From assembly GCA_053919585.1 (NCBI GenBank), contig CM132783.1: a DNA stretch of 64,000 nt. One strand, given 5' to 3'. Below, in pieces: positions 40,580 to 53,075 of this stretch. This stretch comes from Euprymna scolopes. Its lineage: Eukaryota. Within the stretch, counting starts at the first letter, position 1. Each line of letters begins with the position of its first letter. The notes under the pieces were generated by a model. That model was not told where the DNA came from, ran no database searches, and saw only the letters and a program-made list of their open reading frames with translations. A program made the translations under genes and the position numbers.

Positions 40580-41030
40580 GAGAAAAAGTTGTCATGACAC
40601 ATTGCTGGCAAATAAATGTGTTCGAGTATAATACTATAGTAATGCAAGGGATCGGATGTTGACGTGATGTGAAGTATGAGTGAAAATAGATTAACGATAG
40701 AAGATATTGTCTTGATTGTATTTTATCTTCGTATATACACTTACTTTCCCAAAACTATCACAAATACGAATCAGTAAATTTAGACTTACTCTTTTATGTA
40801 ACCGGGATTATAAGAGTCTTTAATATTTCAAGAATATCATGTCTTTTCCAAAAGAAAATTACGAAAAAAGTGTCGTTAAAAATGTAAACTATTTTAAAAC
40901 TGAAACCAGATGTTTTCCTATATAATGATAATGAAAGTGATTGTAAGATATATATATAAACTTTAGGCATCAGTATATATAAGTTACACAATAATTCGAA
41001 TACTAAACTAAGTCCTATTTCTGCCTGGCA
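38560..41030 (+). repeat. Old local direct duplication, copy A
   Basis: Colinear with 46890-49150, e.g. ttggatatagcaaggtcac, aggtgcgtatgatttca, ccgcatcttgtagacttga, ctaagagagatcgctaaa, ctatagtaatgcaag. Confidence 0.85.
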
Positions 41031-41589
41031 GCTTAACTAATTCCACTTCTGGTTCTGTTTTACGGTATTTTCTTTTTTTAACGACATTAGTTCCCTGTTT
41101 ATTTGCAACAGAGTTGATATTCTCAAAAAATTAAAGACTTCTACCATCCCGGTTATCTCAAACAATTAGTCCATATTAACTGATTTGTATTAATGATTGT
41201 TTTTGGAAAATAAATATATAACCCCTATGTGCACGCTTCTCACTGAAAGAAAAACACAGAAAAAGAAAATACATCGGACCGTCTTTAGATTTGGTTTGGA
41301 GTAAACCAAAAATATGCATAAGGATATTTAAAAGCGTTGTGGAAACAGTTTAACTTCACAGCAAAGTAAATAGCCATTACAGAGAGTGTAATACAATATA
41401 CATTTATTTATCAGGAAAATAAAAAGAAACAAGCACCCTTCTAAGAATAAATATACTCATAGATAATAAAATACGTCGACGATGTTGTATGCTTTGTAAT
41501 AATATACTTTGAACAATTAATAAAAAACAAGGCGACATCTTTCCCTGATAATAAATCTGACAACCCCCGAATAACCCGTTAGCAAATCG

Positions 41590-41880
41590 CCTGTGGGAAC
41601 GTCCACGGTACTCTGGTTGTAGCCATCGATCGGACACCAACATTTTGCAAACAGTTTTACTATCAGACAATTGGCAACAATACCCACGATTTCACGGTGG
41701 TAGTTACCGACTGCAGCATAACACTGCTAGATCACTGGTTGTAGCTATCGATAGACATTTTTAAAAGCGGTGCACTATTGTTATAGTGACAAACAGCATT
41801 TAGTACATGGTAGATATCAACTGCAGCATATTGCTAGCAAGTCACTGATAAAAGCCATTGACGAGCAATCAATGTAAGGC
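41590..41880. repeat. Degenerate tandem repeat, ~3 units of ~110-130 bp
   Basis: Recurrent ggtag...actgcagcata...tgctag...cactg...agcc/tat(c)ga. Confidence 0.55.
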
Positions 41881-42370
41881 AAATCCGTACACCAGCGATC
41901 TGCCACCAATTATCACCAAATTGAAGCTAAAAACATACCCATTTAATATAGAAAAATATGTATAAAGCAATTATTTACTAAATTTACATTTGATGACGTG
42001 GATATTTTTACGTGTGCCATTAAATTTAAATATATAGAAGTAAAATAAAAATTGTCAATGTTTTATTTTAATAGATTTATATTGTTTTTTTAGTTTTGTT
42101 TAGTAAGATACGAATTGTCATTAGATGAGAATAGCATTAGAATAATATTATCTACCTAAAAATTATAGATTTAATCTGTGGAAACGGATTGTAAAATGTG
42201 AGAAAAATTAAGATTCTACAGTAGCGAACGCGTAAGATAACTATAGATATATGTAATATGATCACATGGCTATAGATGAAATTTGAATAAGGGTGATGCA
42301 CTTACATACACACAGATACAACGTGGAAAAATCAGAGTTAAAGTTGAACAATAAAATTTAAGTTACATGT

Positions 42371-42713
42371 TGTGATGGACATAGAGAGAACCTACCTCAG
42401 AAACGGGCGAGAATCTGTCTCGCCAGCAGGCTGAAAGACAGAAAAAGAAAAAGAGAGGCCAAGATGACGGCTGTTGTCTTTTAAAGCTTCCGGTCACGCG
42501 TTGATCTCGAGAAGTTTCGTGTGGTATATGCAAATTGGATGTGCCCGAAACATTATAGAAGTGTTTAAGACATGCGAATAGAGAACGTTGACGTGAATCT
42601 CGTGTTGTGAACAACGAACTCTACTCGACTCAACTTGTGACTAGGGAATCTCTGCTTGACATTTTAATACAAACCGTTTTGTTGCTTTGCATTAGACAAA
42701 GACTTCTGATACA
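42371..42713 (+). repeat. 5' LTR (343 bp)
   Basis: tgtgatggac...gacttctgataca; direct repeat of 46289-46653. Confidence 0.93.
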
Positions 42714-42737
42714 AGCTATTTCGGCTGTATTCTAATC

Positions 42738-45700
42738 ATGGCTCTAAGACAGTTTGACCTCCGACTCATCGCCGAGTTTAGTGGCGCAGCAACTGACGTT
42801 TCAATAGTAGAATGGCTAGAGGATGTAGAATTTACGTGTGAGCTGTGCGAGGTAACCTAGGTGGAGCGAGTACTGCCGCGTCGGCTGAAGGGTGCGGCTC
42901 GTGAGAAGTATCGGCAACTCTCGGAGGACCAACGGAGTGGCCTCGAGGAAATCAAGCGTGCCCTTGTAAAGGCTTACGGGACGGATTCGTTTAAACAGTT
43001 CACCGCCCGCCGCCTTCGGCCAGCGGAACCGTGGATGAGTTTTTGACGGATTTGCAGCGGCTAGCACGTCTGGTAGATGAAATGCCACCAGAGTGTTGAA
43101 TAAAGGGAGCCTTCGTGAATGGATTGTCATGCCATGCAAAGGGACGTTCTCAAGCCTCAACCCGAATGGACAGGCTGTCATTGAAAGAGCTGTTTCAGAG
43201 GGTTCGTGCCGTTAACTGCTTCAGATGCGGGGGCCCAAACCATTGGGCCCGTGATTGCCTTTCGTCGCGGTCAACAACCCAGAATCCTAGCGGACCGCGG
43301 TGTCACAAATGCAAAAACTGGGGAGGAAGTTACAGCGCCAGTCTTCTCCCCAGATCGTCATTAAACAAGGCGCTGTCTGCGGTGAGCGTACGTGTTAACG
43401 ACGTGAGTGCCACGCGCTTGTGGACACGGGTTACATCCAGACACTTGTGCGCAAAAAACGTTGCGACACTTGGAAAACGACAAGAACTCTTTTGCGTACA
43501 GTAGTCGAGAGCTGGTTGTCCTCTTGCGGAGAAGGTATCATCCACATAAGCATCGGTAGCGGCCCTGAAGTAGCCGTGCAAGCTCTGATTATGGACCGGG
43601 AGCTACTTGGGTACGATTTACTCTTAGGAATGGACGCAATTGTGCAGCTGGGTGGAGTCGTAGTTGATGGAGCCGGAAACGTGACGTTCTCCCAACGCGA
43701 AGAGTGCGTTTGCGCGACACTCACCCTAGATAAGCCTGATTGTCGTGCGGAGTGCGACCAGTGCACGAAGTCCTGGACTGTGGCTTCGAAGTGGTCGGAC
43801 GAGCAACCGCCAGAGAATTTTTTCAATACAGTGCCAGAGTACAAGATTTACCCCGGAGCTTGTGTAGGGAACTACAGACCTTGATCGACAGTGGATGGCT
43901 CGTTCCTTATATTGAGAAGGCATTGAGGCCTCCAAAGTGTTTAATCCCACTAGTGGCGGTCTTCTAGCAAACAAACAAAAAGTGACGCCGGTGCTCGAGT
44001 ATTGGGAGTTAAACAAATACGTGGACCCTTTTACGGCCCGCGCAGACCTTTACGCTGATAAATTACAGGAATAGCGGCAAGCAGGGTCTAATGTGTGCGT
44101 ACTTGATCTTCGGAAGGCGTACCTTCAAGTGCGTGTACACCAGTTACTATGGCCTTATCAGACAGTTCTGGTTAAAGAGAAGAGATACCGCTTAACCCGT
44201 ATAGGGTTCGGACCCAACGTGGTGCCATCAATTATAAAAACGATTTTTAACACCATTCTGGCTCAAGAGGAGCGCATAAGGCAGGCAGCATCTGTATATA
44301 TTGATGATGTATACGTGAATGAAGGGGTTGCATCCGCGACGCGTGTAGACGAGCATCTCCGCAACTTTAGACTTCTCAGTAAGGAGTCAGAGATAATACA
44401 GGATGGCGCACGGGTGCTCGGTTTACAGGCCCGGAGAGAAGACGGCGTCCTACATTGGAAACGGGGAAATAAAGTCCCAGACATGCCCCACGATGTCACG
44501 CGAAGAAACGTATTTTCTTGGTGCGGAAAATTGGTTGGACACCTACCTGTGGGCGGCTGGCTTTGTGTTGCGGTGGCGTTCATAAAGAGGAGAGCGTCTG
44601 AGGTAACTACTGGATGAGATGATGTGGTACACGACGCCCCTCTCAACACAATTCTGGAGGAAGTCCTCTCCAGTGTGCGAAAGGAGGACCCTGCACGGGA
44701 CAGATGGTGCGTCGACAACCGAGACCTGAGTTTCGGGTTGATGCGAGCCCTCTTGCTACGGGCGTATCAATAGTCCTTGATGAGGCCGTGGTGAACAATG
44801 CCTGCTGGTTACGCCCAGAACGGGACTCCCAGGATATAAACCTGGCAAAGCTTAATGCCGTCATCAAAGGGATAAACTTGGTGATCGTCTGGAAGTCGAC
44901 TACCCTGCGGTTATTTACATATTTTGCCTGCATCCACAAGTGGATTTCGGACACCCTTACTGGGAGGGCCAGAGTACAAACTAAAGCTACGAGCGAGATG
45001 CTCATCCAATGGCGGCGGCTTGATACCATCATGAGGATCAAAAAAGAATATGCGCTGTCAAAGGAAATCTCCCTGGTCAGGTCCAGCCTGAACAAGGCCG
45101 ATTGTTTAAGAAGAGTTCTCCGCAGATAGATTGAGGCCACAAGAAGAACCATCGAACCCATACAACCGGCCTGCGCCGCAGCCGCGTGTTCTGCTCAGTT
45201 TGATTGAATCAATGAAGCCCTCCACCAAATTGGACATCCAGGGGTCAAGCGGACCTTGTATTTTGCTAAGGTGGATGACCCTGAAGTACGAAAAGCAGAC
45301 CTTAAAAGAGCGGTTGAGAGTTGTGTGTGCCAATCTATCGAACCGGCACCCGTTCGCTGGGAAAAAGGAAACTAGACGTAAAGAGCCACTGGAGCCGGCT
45401 GGCGATAGATGTTACTCACCACGACGGCGACAATTACATAACACTCATTGACTGCGGCCCATCTAGGTTTGCGATATGACGGCCGCTCCGCCGGCAAGTT
45501 ACGGCAGCACTCATCCGTCAGGCAAACTGCATCTTCTTCGAACATGCCCTCCCAATGGATATACTAACTGACAACTGCACCGCTTTCACCAGTGGACAAT
45601 TCAGAAAGTTTGCCGATGGATGGTGAGTAAATCTGCGGTTTCGATGTGCCTACGTATCGAGCGGGAATGGGATTATTGAGCGGAACCACAGAACTGTCAA

Positions 45701-46050
45701 AACTATTGCCGCGAGAACGGCCTGGGCGGTTTCTGAAGCAGTTTATTTATACAATATTACCCCAAAGGATGCTGTATCACCCTCTACAGCGCCGATCGAC
45801 ACATTGTACAGGTATAACGCTAGGGTGAAGAACATAGAAACGAACCCAGTACCTGAGATGAAAGTAACTGGAGGGAGGCTGGAAAAAGATGTTGTCTGGA
45901 TCAAAAACCCGCGCGGTAAATGTACGACTCAGTATGGACTTGGACACATCACTGAAGTGATCAGCAAGCAAGCAGTGTGTGTCGACGGTGTGCCCCGTCA
46001 CATTAACACTTACGACCGACAACACACTCGCGGCTACCCGTGAACAAAGG
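42738..46050 (+). pseudogene. gag-pol of the Gypsy element, with multiple stops and frameshifts
   Basis: Gag FDLRLIAEFSG..VEWLE; CCHC knuckle CFRCGGPNHWARDC; protease ALVDTG; RT LDLRKAYLQ...YIDD; RNase H VDAS; integrase HQIGHPG..C.VC, D(VTH)-D(NCTAF)-E(RNHRT). Confidence 0.92.
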
Positions 46051-46288
46051 GAGCGAGTCTGACTCCGAGTCAGGGACCAGTGAGACATCGCTCTAGTTCA
46101 CAGCAGCTCCCCCAGAAGGTGACTCTGATATCAGTAGCCTCTCAGCGGAAGCGGTATTCTTCAACCCCCACTTCGCGGACGATAGCTTAAGCGATGAAGA
46201 GGCATGTATCGTTCCCCTTCGGAGAAGCACCCGGCGACGGCGATCACTACCCCATTGCCATTTCTGTGATCACGAGATCAGGAGGGAA

Positions 46289-46653
46289 TGTGATAGACAA
46301 AGAGAGGACCTACCTCAGAAACGGGCAAAAATCTGTCTCGCCAGAAGGCTGAAAGGTAGAAAAAGAAAAAAAGAGGCCAAGATGGCGGCTGTTGTCTTTT
46401 AAAGCCTCCGGTCACGCGTAGATCTTGATGCAGTCTCATGTGGTATATGCAAATTGGGTGTGCCTGAAACATTATAAAAGGCGAGTCGCTAGGAAGAGTG
46501 GGAGAAGCGTTTAAGACATACGGATAGAGAACGTCGACGTGTATCTCGTGTTGTGAACAACGAACTCTGCTCGACTTGTGACTAGCGAACCTCTGCTTGA
46601 CGTTTTAACCAAAAAGTGTTGTTACTTTGCGTTAGGCAAAGACTTCTGATACA
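46289..46653 (+). repeat. 3' LTR (365 bp)
   Basis: tgtgatagac...gacttctgataca; carries ~26 bp absent from the 5' LTR. Confidence 0.93.
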
Positions 46654-46889
46654 CATGTTGATATATGTATTTTTTAAAAGTAAGAAAACAAGATAAAAAG
46701 AAGATAAATACGCGTGCGTACTATTTTTTCCGTTATGAATAAGGATTGGTGACATCGCATGAAAAAGGGTGTGATTCTTTAAATGATCTTACGATTTACG
46801 CACCTGTGAGTAAAAGTATTTTATAGAAATCTTACGGATAGCCACGTTATGTATACTGCTCATCCTTGGAAAGCATTCAGACGTGCGCT

Positions 46890-48633
46890 TTCTTTTTTTC
46901 TTATCATCTCATTAGCAAAGAGAGAAAATCACATCGTTTCGTGACTCCCATTTTAATGACCCTTTACAGTTTAACCGTTAAGCATGTCGACCAGTATGTG
47001 ACACTTGCTTCATTGTTATTTTTATTACAGCTTTCGTTATTTAGAATCTGTTTTCATGGTGAAATATTGTCCATTAGAATCTGTTAGTTTTTGTTCTTTT
47101 AATTTGAATGATAGTCACGATTATACTATATTTAAGGAACAGTTCCATTCTAATTCATCGACAACAAGGAAGTTATATGAGCAGGCATATTAAATCTATA
47201 AAAACTGTTCTAAATATTTACAGTTTAAGTTAATTAATATTTAAATACAAATCTGTTTTTCTTTCTTTATACATGACCTTACTTTGCGAATATATGTCTC
47301 TGCACATGGAACAGTTAACACACAAAATACTCACTCAATCGCCCTCGCTTGCATTTGAAAAATAGGTATCACTAAATGCATTAAACATATCTCGCATATA
47401 TCTTTTTTGCTGTTTAAATTTTTTTTAAATTCAATGAACAAATAAATATATAACCAAGTAAGAGATACCAAAAGACTTTTGAGTCCTATCCCTCTAAAAT
47501 ATATTGTCAAATTAAAGACAAGAAAAATGTGAGTAGAAAACACAAAAAATGACGATATTTTAGACAATGCTCACATACGATTCGAACATCAATGGTCCTG
47601 TGCACGTATATGTGCATGCGTTCACAATTGTATTTAGTTGTTATGTTTAGAACATATTTTCATTTTTTCTATCATTTTATACTAATTTTATGTGTAATCC
47701 TATTGTAGATTTTTTTTTACTTTTCTTATATGAACACATTTTACATTCCCTTCGTTTTATTTATGCTTGTAATATCGCTTGTGAATGCGTTTATCGTTTG
47801 CTTGTATAAAAAAGCAAAATCAATTCACAGTTTGGTGCTATGAGAAATGCTCTCTACGTTCTCATTTACCTCCCTTTTTTCCATTTCGTTTCCCTTTTTT
47901 ATTAGCCTTGCTGTCGTCATCATTCTTTATTTTCTCTGACTAAGACGGCCTTTTAGTTTGGTTACATTTTCTTCCTTTTCTTTTTCCTTAATCGTAATCT
48001 TTTCCCATTGTTAATATGGTGTTGGATATAGCAAGGTCACAGCATCTATTCTAATATATTTTGTATACTTATGCGTCTGAGGTGCGTATGATTTCAATAA
48101 GTAAACCATAGCTTATACGCCGCATCTTGTAGACTTGATTAATCAACATGTACATATGATACTTTTTGTAAATGCAGATTTAATAGCTTTATACTTTAGT
48201 GGCAATACGGTGACAGATATCAAAGACGGTTGTACAATGTATTGAAGGGAAAAAAAATAATGGGAGAATTAATATAAATCCAAGTCATCACTTATGCTAG
48301 CTTACATTGTTCCCCCAATCCTATCCCAACTGGGATTTCGATTATGCCGTTATTCGCGACTACTCACTAAGAGAGATCGCTAAAACACGCATAGAATATC
48401 ATTTTTGTAAACATCAAACTAATATTCATTTGCCCGCTGGGTTTATCATGTGATGCCTGATTGAAAATCATGTAAGCTGTTTTATCGTTACAGCCCTCTC
48501 TCGCCAATTGAGGTATTTTATTATACATAAGAATTAATTACTAATTTATCTTCTATCTATTTTCTATCTATACATTACATTATAAGTCATAAAAATAGTT
48601 TTATTACTATCTTTTATAACGTTATAGTGTATC

Positions 48634-48692
<59 letters not shown>

Positions 48693-49150
48693 TGCGTGTG
48701 TGTATACGTGTGTGCGTATACGATAAAGGCAGTTTTCTTGACGCATTGCTAGTAATTAAATGTGGAGGAGTATAAGGCTATAGTAATGCAAGAGACTAGA
48801 TGTTGACGTAATGTGGCGTATGACCATAAATGGACTAACGAAATAAGGTTCTGTATAGTTTGTTTTTATGTTCGTATATCCATTGAATTTTCAAGAAAAA
48901 TCTCAAATACAAATCAGTTAATATAGATTTACTTTTTTATGTAATCTGGGCGTTTTTAATATTTCGAGAATAGTATCTCTTTTTAAAAGACAAAGCTAAC
49001 CAAGAATGTCCTTAAAAATGGAAAATATTTTAAAAACAGGACCGAATGAATTCTTTTTAAGTGATAATAATATGAATGATAAAAGATGATGAACCTTATA
49101 CATCAGTATATATAAAAACACAATGATTCGAAGTCCTATTTTAGCTTGCC
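46890..49150 (+). repeat. Old local direct duplication, copy B
   Basis: Colinear with 38560-41030, including a (TA)n tract at the equivalent position. Confidence 0.85.
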
Positions 49151-49198
<48 letters not shown>

Positions 49199-49199
49199 T

Positions 49200-49470
49200 T
49201 TATCAAAACGCAACATCCATCACAGCAATGTATGCTGCACCCTAACAGACTGGCCAATGAACACCACACTACATACACGGTATATCGCATACTATGAACG
49301 ACATGTAACCAATCATATATCTGTAGCAAAGTGAGACATCTGCATATGAGAGTCAAGTAACACTTAAAAACACAGGCCTCTTCTATCCACAAGCACTTCC
49401 ACACATACGGCAATACAAACAATTCCAGCAGAGTAGATATTTTAGCCACTAAACGCAATAAAATACTAAA
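49200..49470 (+). mobile_element. Penelope-like GIY-YIG endonuclease remnant
   Basis: TVYRIL*TTCNQSYICSKVRHLHMRVK*HL...SSIHKH fits the VY.I.C..C...YIG.T.R.L..R..EH consensus. Confidence 0.68.
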
Positions 49471-50351
49471 TAACAGGTTTCAGGCTATTGTTTGCTGCGA
49501 ATCTGTTACTTCTTACAAGAGCGGTTTTAATTCTAAGTCGAAGAGATCTTTCGCGAAAATTTATAAGACACGGATATCCCATCAGACCAGCTGATACAAG
49601 TAATCACAGTACAAAAATAAATAAAATGTGTATATGAAATATATAAATACACATGTATTTGCAATTGTGTCAATGAAATTATTCTTCATCTGCTTCAGTT
49701 TGTGTCTTTCCGTTAGGATAATGCAGAACGCAACAATTAGCTTTTGAGCTTATAGTGATATCAATAAAGAAAAAAATGACGATATAAAATTATATATTAA
49801 TATATTAAGATTTATTCAATAATGGTATATATCAATTATAGGTGTAGAGTAAGTGCGAGCCTTTTATATCACTGCATTTCGAAGCTTAAATCGTCTCATC
49901 AGGAGAGAAGATGCCTGGAAACATAATATAGAGGCGACGCCTAGCAATGGTTACATTAGGAGCGAAGCAAAATACTGAGACTGTTTGGGGGAACTAAATT
50001 GATCTATGTGATGTAGAAGGTGTATAGGATTTTATTATATATTGCAGATAAATACATTGTATATCTGCGATAATGGGTTTAATATACACAGGCGGCAAAA
50101 AGAAAGTCCGGACTTGTATTTTTTTCAAAAACTGCAAATTTAAGCTAAATTTAATGTAGCTGTTTAAACTAACTATACCTCATTTGATTGATCTTTGATT
50201 TTTCTATAATTTTATTTGTTCATATTGGACTTTTAATTGAAATATTCTAGTGTTCAATTTAAAAAAATAACTTCAAATTGAGGAGACCAACAAAAAGTCT
50301 GCACAATTATATTAATGTAACACTAATGAAACAGGAACACAATGAACTAGT

Positions 50352-51305
50352 TTATATTTATTAGCATCGCCTTTCTGTAATTTGACAGTCTGCAATCTTT
50401 TGGGAATTCCTTGAATCAGACTGCAGCAATACTTCGGGGAAAGGGCATCCCACTTTTCTTTAATTTTTGTCCAAATTTGAAATTTTATTATTACGTAGCT
50501 GGTGCTTGATGTAATGCTATACGTTTTCGATAGGATTGGGGTCTGGAGATTGTGCACGCCAATCCAAACACGAAACCTCTTGACATTGCTAGCTGTGTGA
50601 ATGGGAGCATTATGCTGCATGAAGATGGGATTATCATCCAAATTCCGACCAAAGTAGGGTAGAAAATGCCTAGTCAATATATTAATGTACTTTGTCGAAT
50701 TAATTTGACCTTGCCAGCGAACTATAGGCCCTGGGCCATTGGTACTAATAACGCTCCACACCAAAACTGAAACTCCACCACCTTGCAGCCTTGAAACTGT
50801 GCACCTAGGATTAAATTATTCGTCTTTCCTCCGATGGACATACTGTCTACCATCACTGCCTAGCTTATTGAACTTGCTTTCATCGCTAAAAAGCACTTTT
50901 GACGAATATGCAGAGTCATGATCTTCATTGCTTTCTCTTCTTTACAGAAATCATTGGCTTGCGTCTTGCAACATATCCTCGCAAATTAAATTCCTTTAAT
51001 CTGTTCTTGACAGCAGAAAGAGAGCACTTTTTAACAAGTGTGCACTGTTGTTGGATTTCGGGAGACGTTTCAAATCTGTTTCTTAGGCTGCGAATCTTGA
51101 TAGCATTGTCTTCCCTGTTAGAAGTAATACTAGTACGACCAGATTAAGGGGCATCACGAACTTTGCCGGTGTTTTGGTGCGTTTGCATAGTCTTTCGTAC
51201 CATTTTTTCATCACCTTTCAATCTACGGTCGATTTCTCGATTGGATAAACTAGAAAGGTGGAGATTAATGAACTCCTGACGATCAGTAAGAGAAAGTCGT
51301 ATCAT
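50352..51305 (-). pseudogene. Tc1 transposase (DD34E type), disrupted
   Basis: MIRLSLTDRQEF.., SGR, ARRKP, VLFSDESKF, GGG.SVLVW, FMQHNAPIH (catalytic D replaced by H), SPDPNPIENV; several stops. Confidence 0.88.
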
Positions 51306-51559
51306 ATGAACTAAATGTTACGTTGTAACATCTGTAACAGCAACAATTGCAATTAGAAATGCTTTGTTGCCTATTGGTGGATATTTTAACTGATTTAGAT
51401 GTGATAATTTAAGCTGGTTTTAAACGAATTTGTTATTACGGACTTTCTTTTAGCCTCCTCAATTTGAAGTTATTTTTTTAATTGACGTGAACACTAGAAT
51501 ATTTAAATTAAAAGTAAAATATAAACAAGTAAAATTTTGGAGGAATAAAAGGCGAATCA

Positions 51560-53075
51560 GTTCTCACGAAACTCTACAACAAATGCCTTAATGAAGCTTG
51601 CTTTCCAGGCTGTTGGAAAACTGCTTCTGTTGTACCAGTATTCAAGAATTCTTGCGATAGAACTGACCCATTAAATTATCGCCCTATTAGCCTCCTCAAA
51701 CTTTTTGCCAAAATATTTGAGACCTTAATTAACCATGCTCTAGTCCAGCACTTTACAGATGCTAAACCTCTGACCGACAAATAATATGGATTTAGACAAG
51801 CCCGTTCCACAGCAGACATCCTCACTGTAATCTCTGAACGCATATACGATTCACTGGACAAAGCGGGAGAGGGCAGAGCGGTAGCTCTAAATATATCTAA
51901 GGCTTTTGACAGGGTATGGCATGAGGGTCTCCTCAGGAAGATTAGATCATACGGTATCACTGGTTGAATACTTAACATAATTAAATCCTTCTTAAATAAG
52001 AGAAAACTCCAGGTTGTCCTCAACGGTCGTACATCTAAACAATATGATATAAATGCGGGAGTGCCCCAGGGATCTATCCTTGGACCTCTACTGTTCCTGA
52101 TATTCATAAATGACCTCCCCGGCAAAATTGCCTCTGAGATAGGTATATATGCTGATGACACCACACTCTATAGCAGGCACGACAGGAAAACAAATGAACA
52201 TATATATAAAGTACTGGCAGATACACTAGCGAATGACCTCCAATCAGTAGTGGAATGGGGACAAAAATGGATGGTCACGTTCAATGCCGCCAAGACTAAA
52301 CTGGTTTCATTCAATAATTACAAGAAACCTTCTCTACTACCTATAGCAATGGCCAACGACTCTTTATCTGAGAGTACGTCTTTCGAGCTCCTTGGCCTAA
52401 CGTTCACAGGAAACATGAGGTGGAACAATTACATCGAAGGCATTGCCAGAGCCGCTGCAAGGAAGGTGGGCTCTCTCTACCGTGCTAGACAACTACTAAC
52501 ACCAGAAAGTATCCTGTACCTCTATAAGGCAACCATTCGCTCATGTATGGAGTATTGCTGTCATATTTGGGCTGGTGCATCGGTTAGTAGTCTATCGCTC
52601 CTTGACAGGGTTCAAAAGAGAGTCGCAAATCTGATAGGCCCTTAACTGGCTACTAAGCTTCAGCCTCTGTCCCATCGACGAAACGTTGCATCCCTCTGCC
52701 TGTTCTACAAGTATTTTAATGGTGAATGCTCTGATGAACTGCAAGCACTTGTGCCCCCACGACGTGAACACCCTCGACAGACCCGACAAGCTGCAAAATC
52801 CCACCCCCACACTGTAGAGATCCCTAGATGTAAAAGATCTTTCTACTCCGGTAGTATCTTCCCCAGAACCGCTAGACTTTGGAATTCCATTCCAGGTCAC
52901 TGCTTCTCCAACTGTACTGACAAAAGTTCAAGTGCAACGTGAACCAACATCTTTCTGCCCAAATCTCTACATAGTACCCCAGTAGTTGTTTCCCCTGATA
53001 GTATCCTCCTACACCAAAGTGGCAATGTGCCTTGTTTCGGGTGAAAATGTAATAAAAAAAATAAAAAAATAAAAA
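51560..53075 (+). mobile_element. 5'-truncated CR1-group (CR1/L2/Crack-like) LINE with RT domain and A-rich tail
   Basis: NYRPISLL, YGFR, ISKAFDRVWH, VPQGSILGPLLFLIFINDL, YADD, MEYCCHIW, LSHRRNVASL, RTARLWN. In-frame stops present. Tail aataaaaaaaataaaaaaataaaaaa. Confidence 0.93.

Larger units (their letters stand above)
42371..46653 (+). mobile_element. Full-length decayed Ty3/Gypsy LTR retrotransposon (4.3 kb), TSD CATGT
   Basis: TG...CA LTRs; CATGT at 42366-42370 and 46654-46658; purine-rich tract (aggagggaa) before the 3' LTR; domain order gag-PR-RT-RH-IN. Confidence 0.95.
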
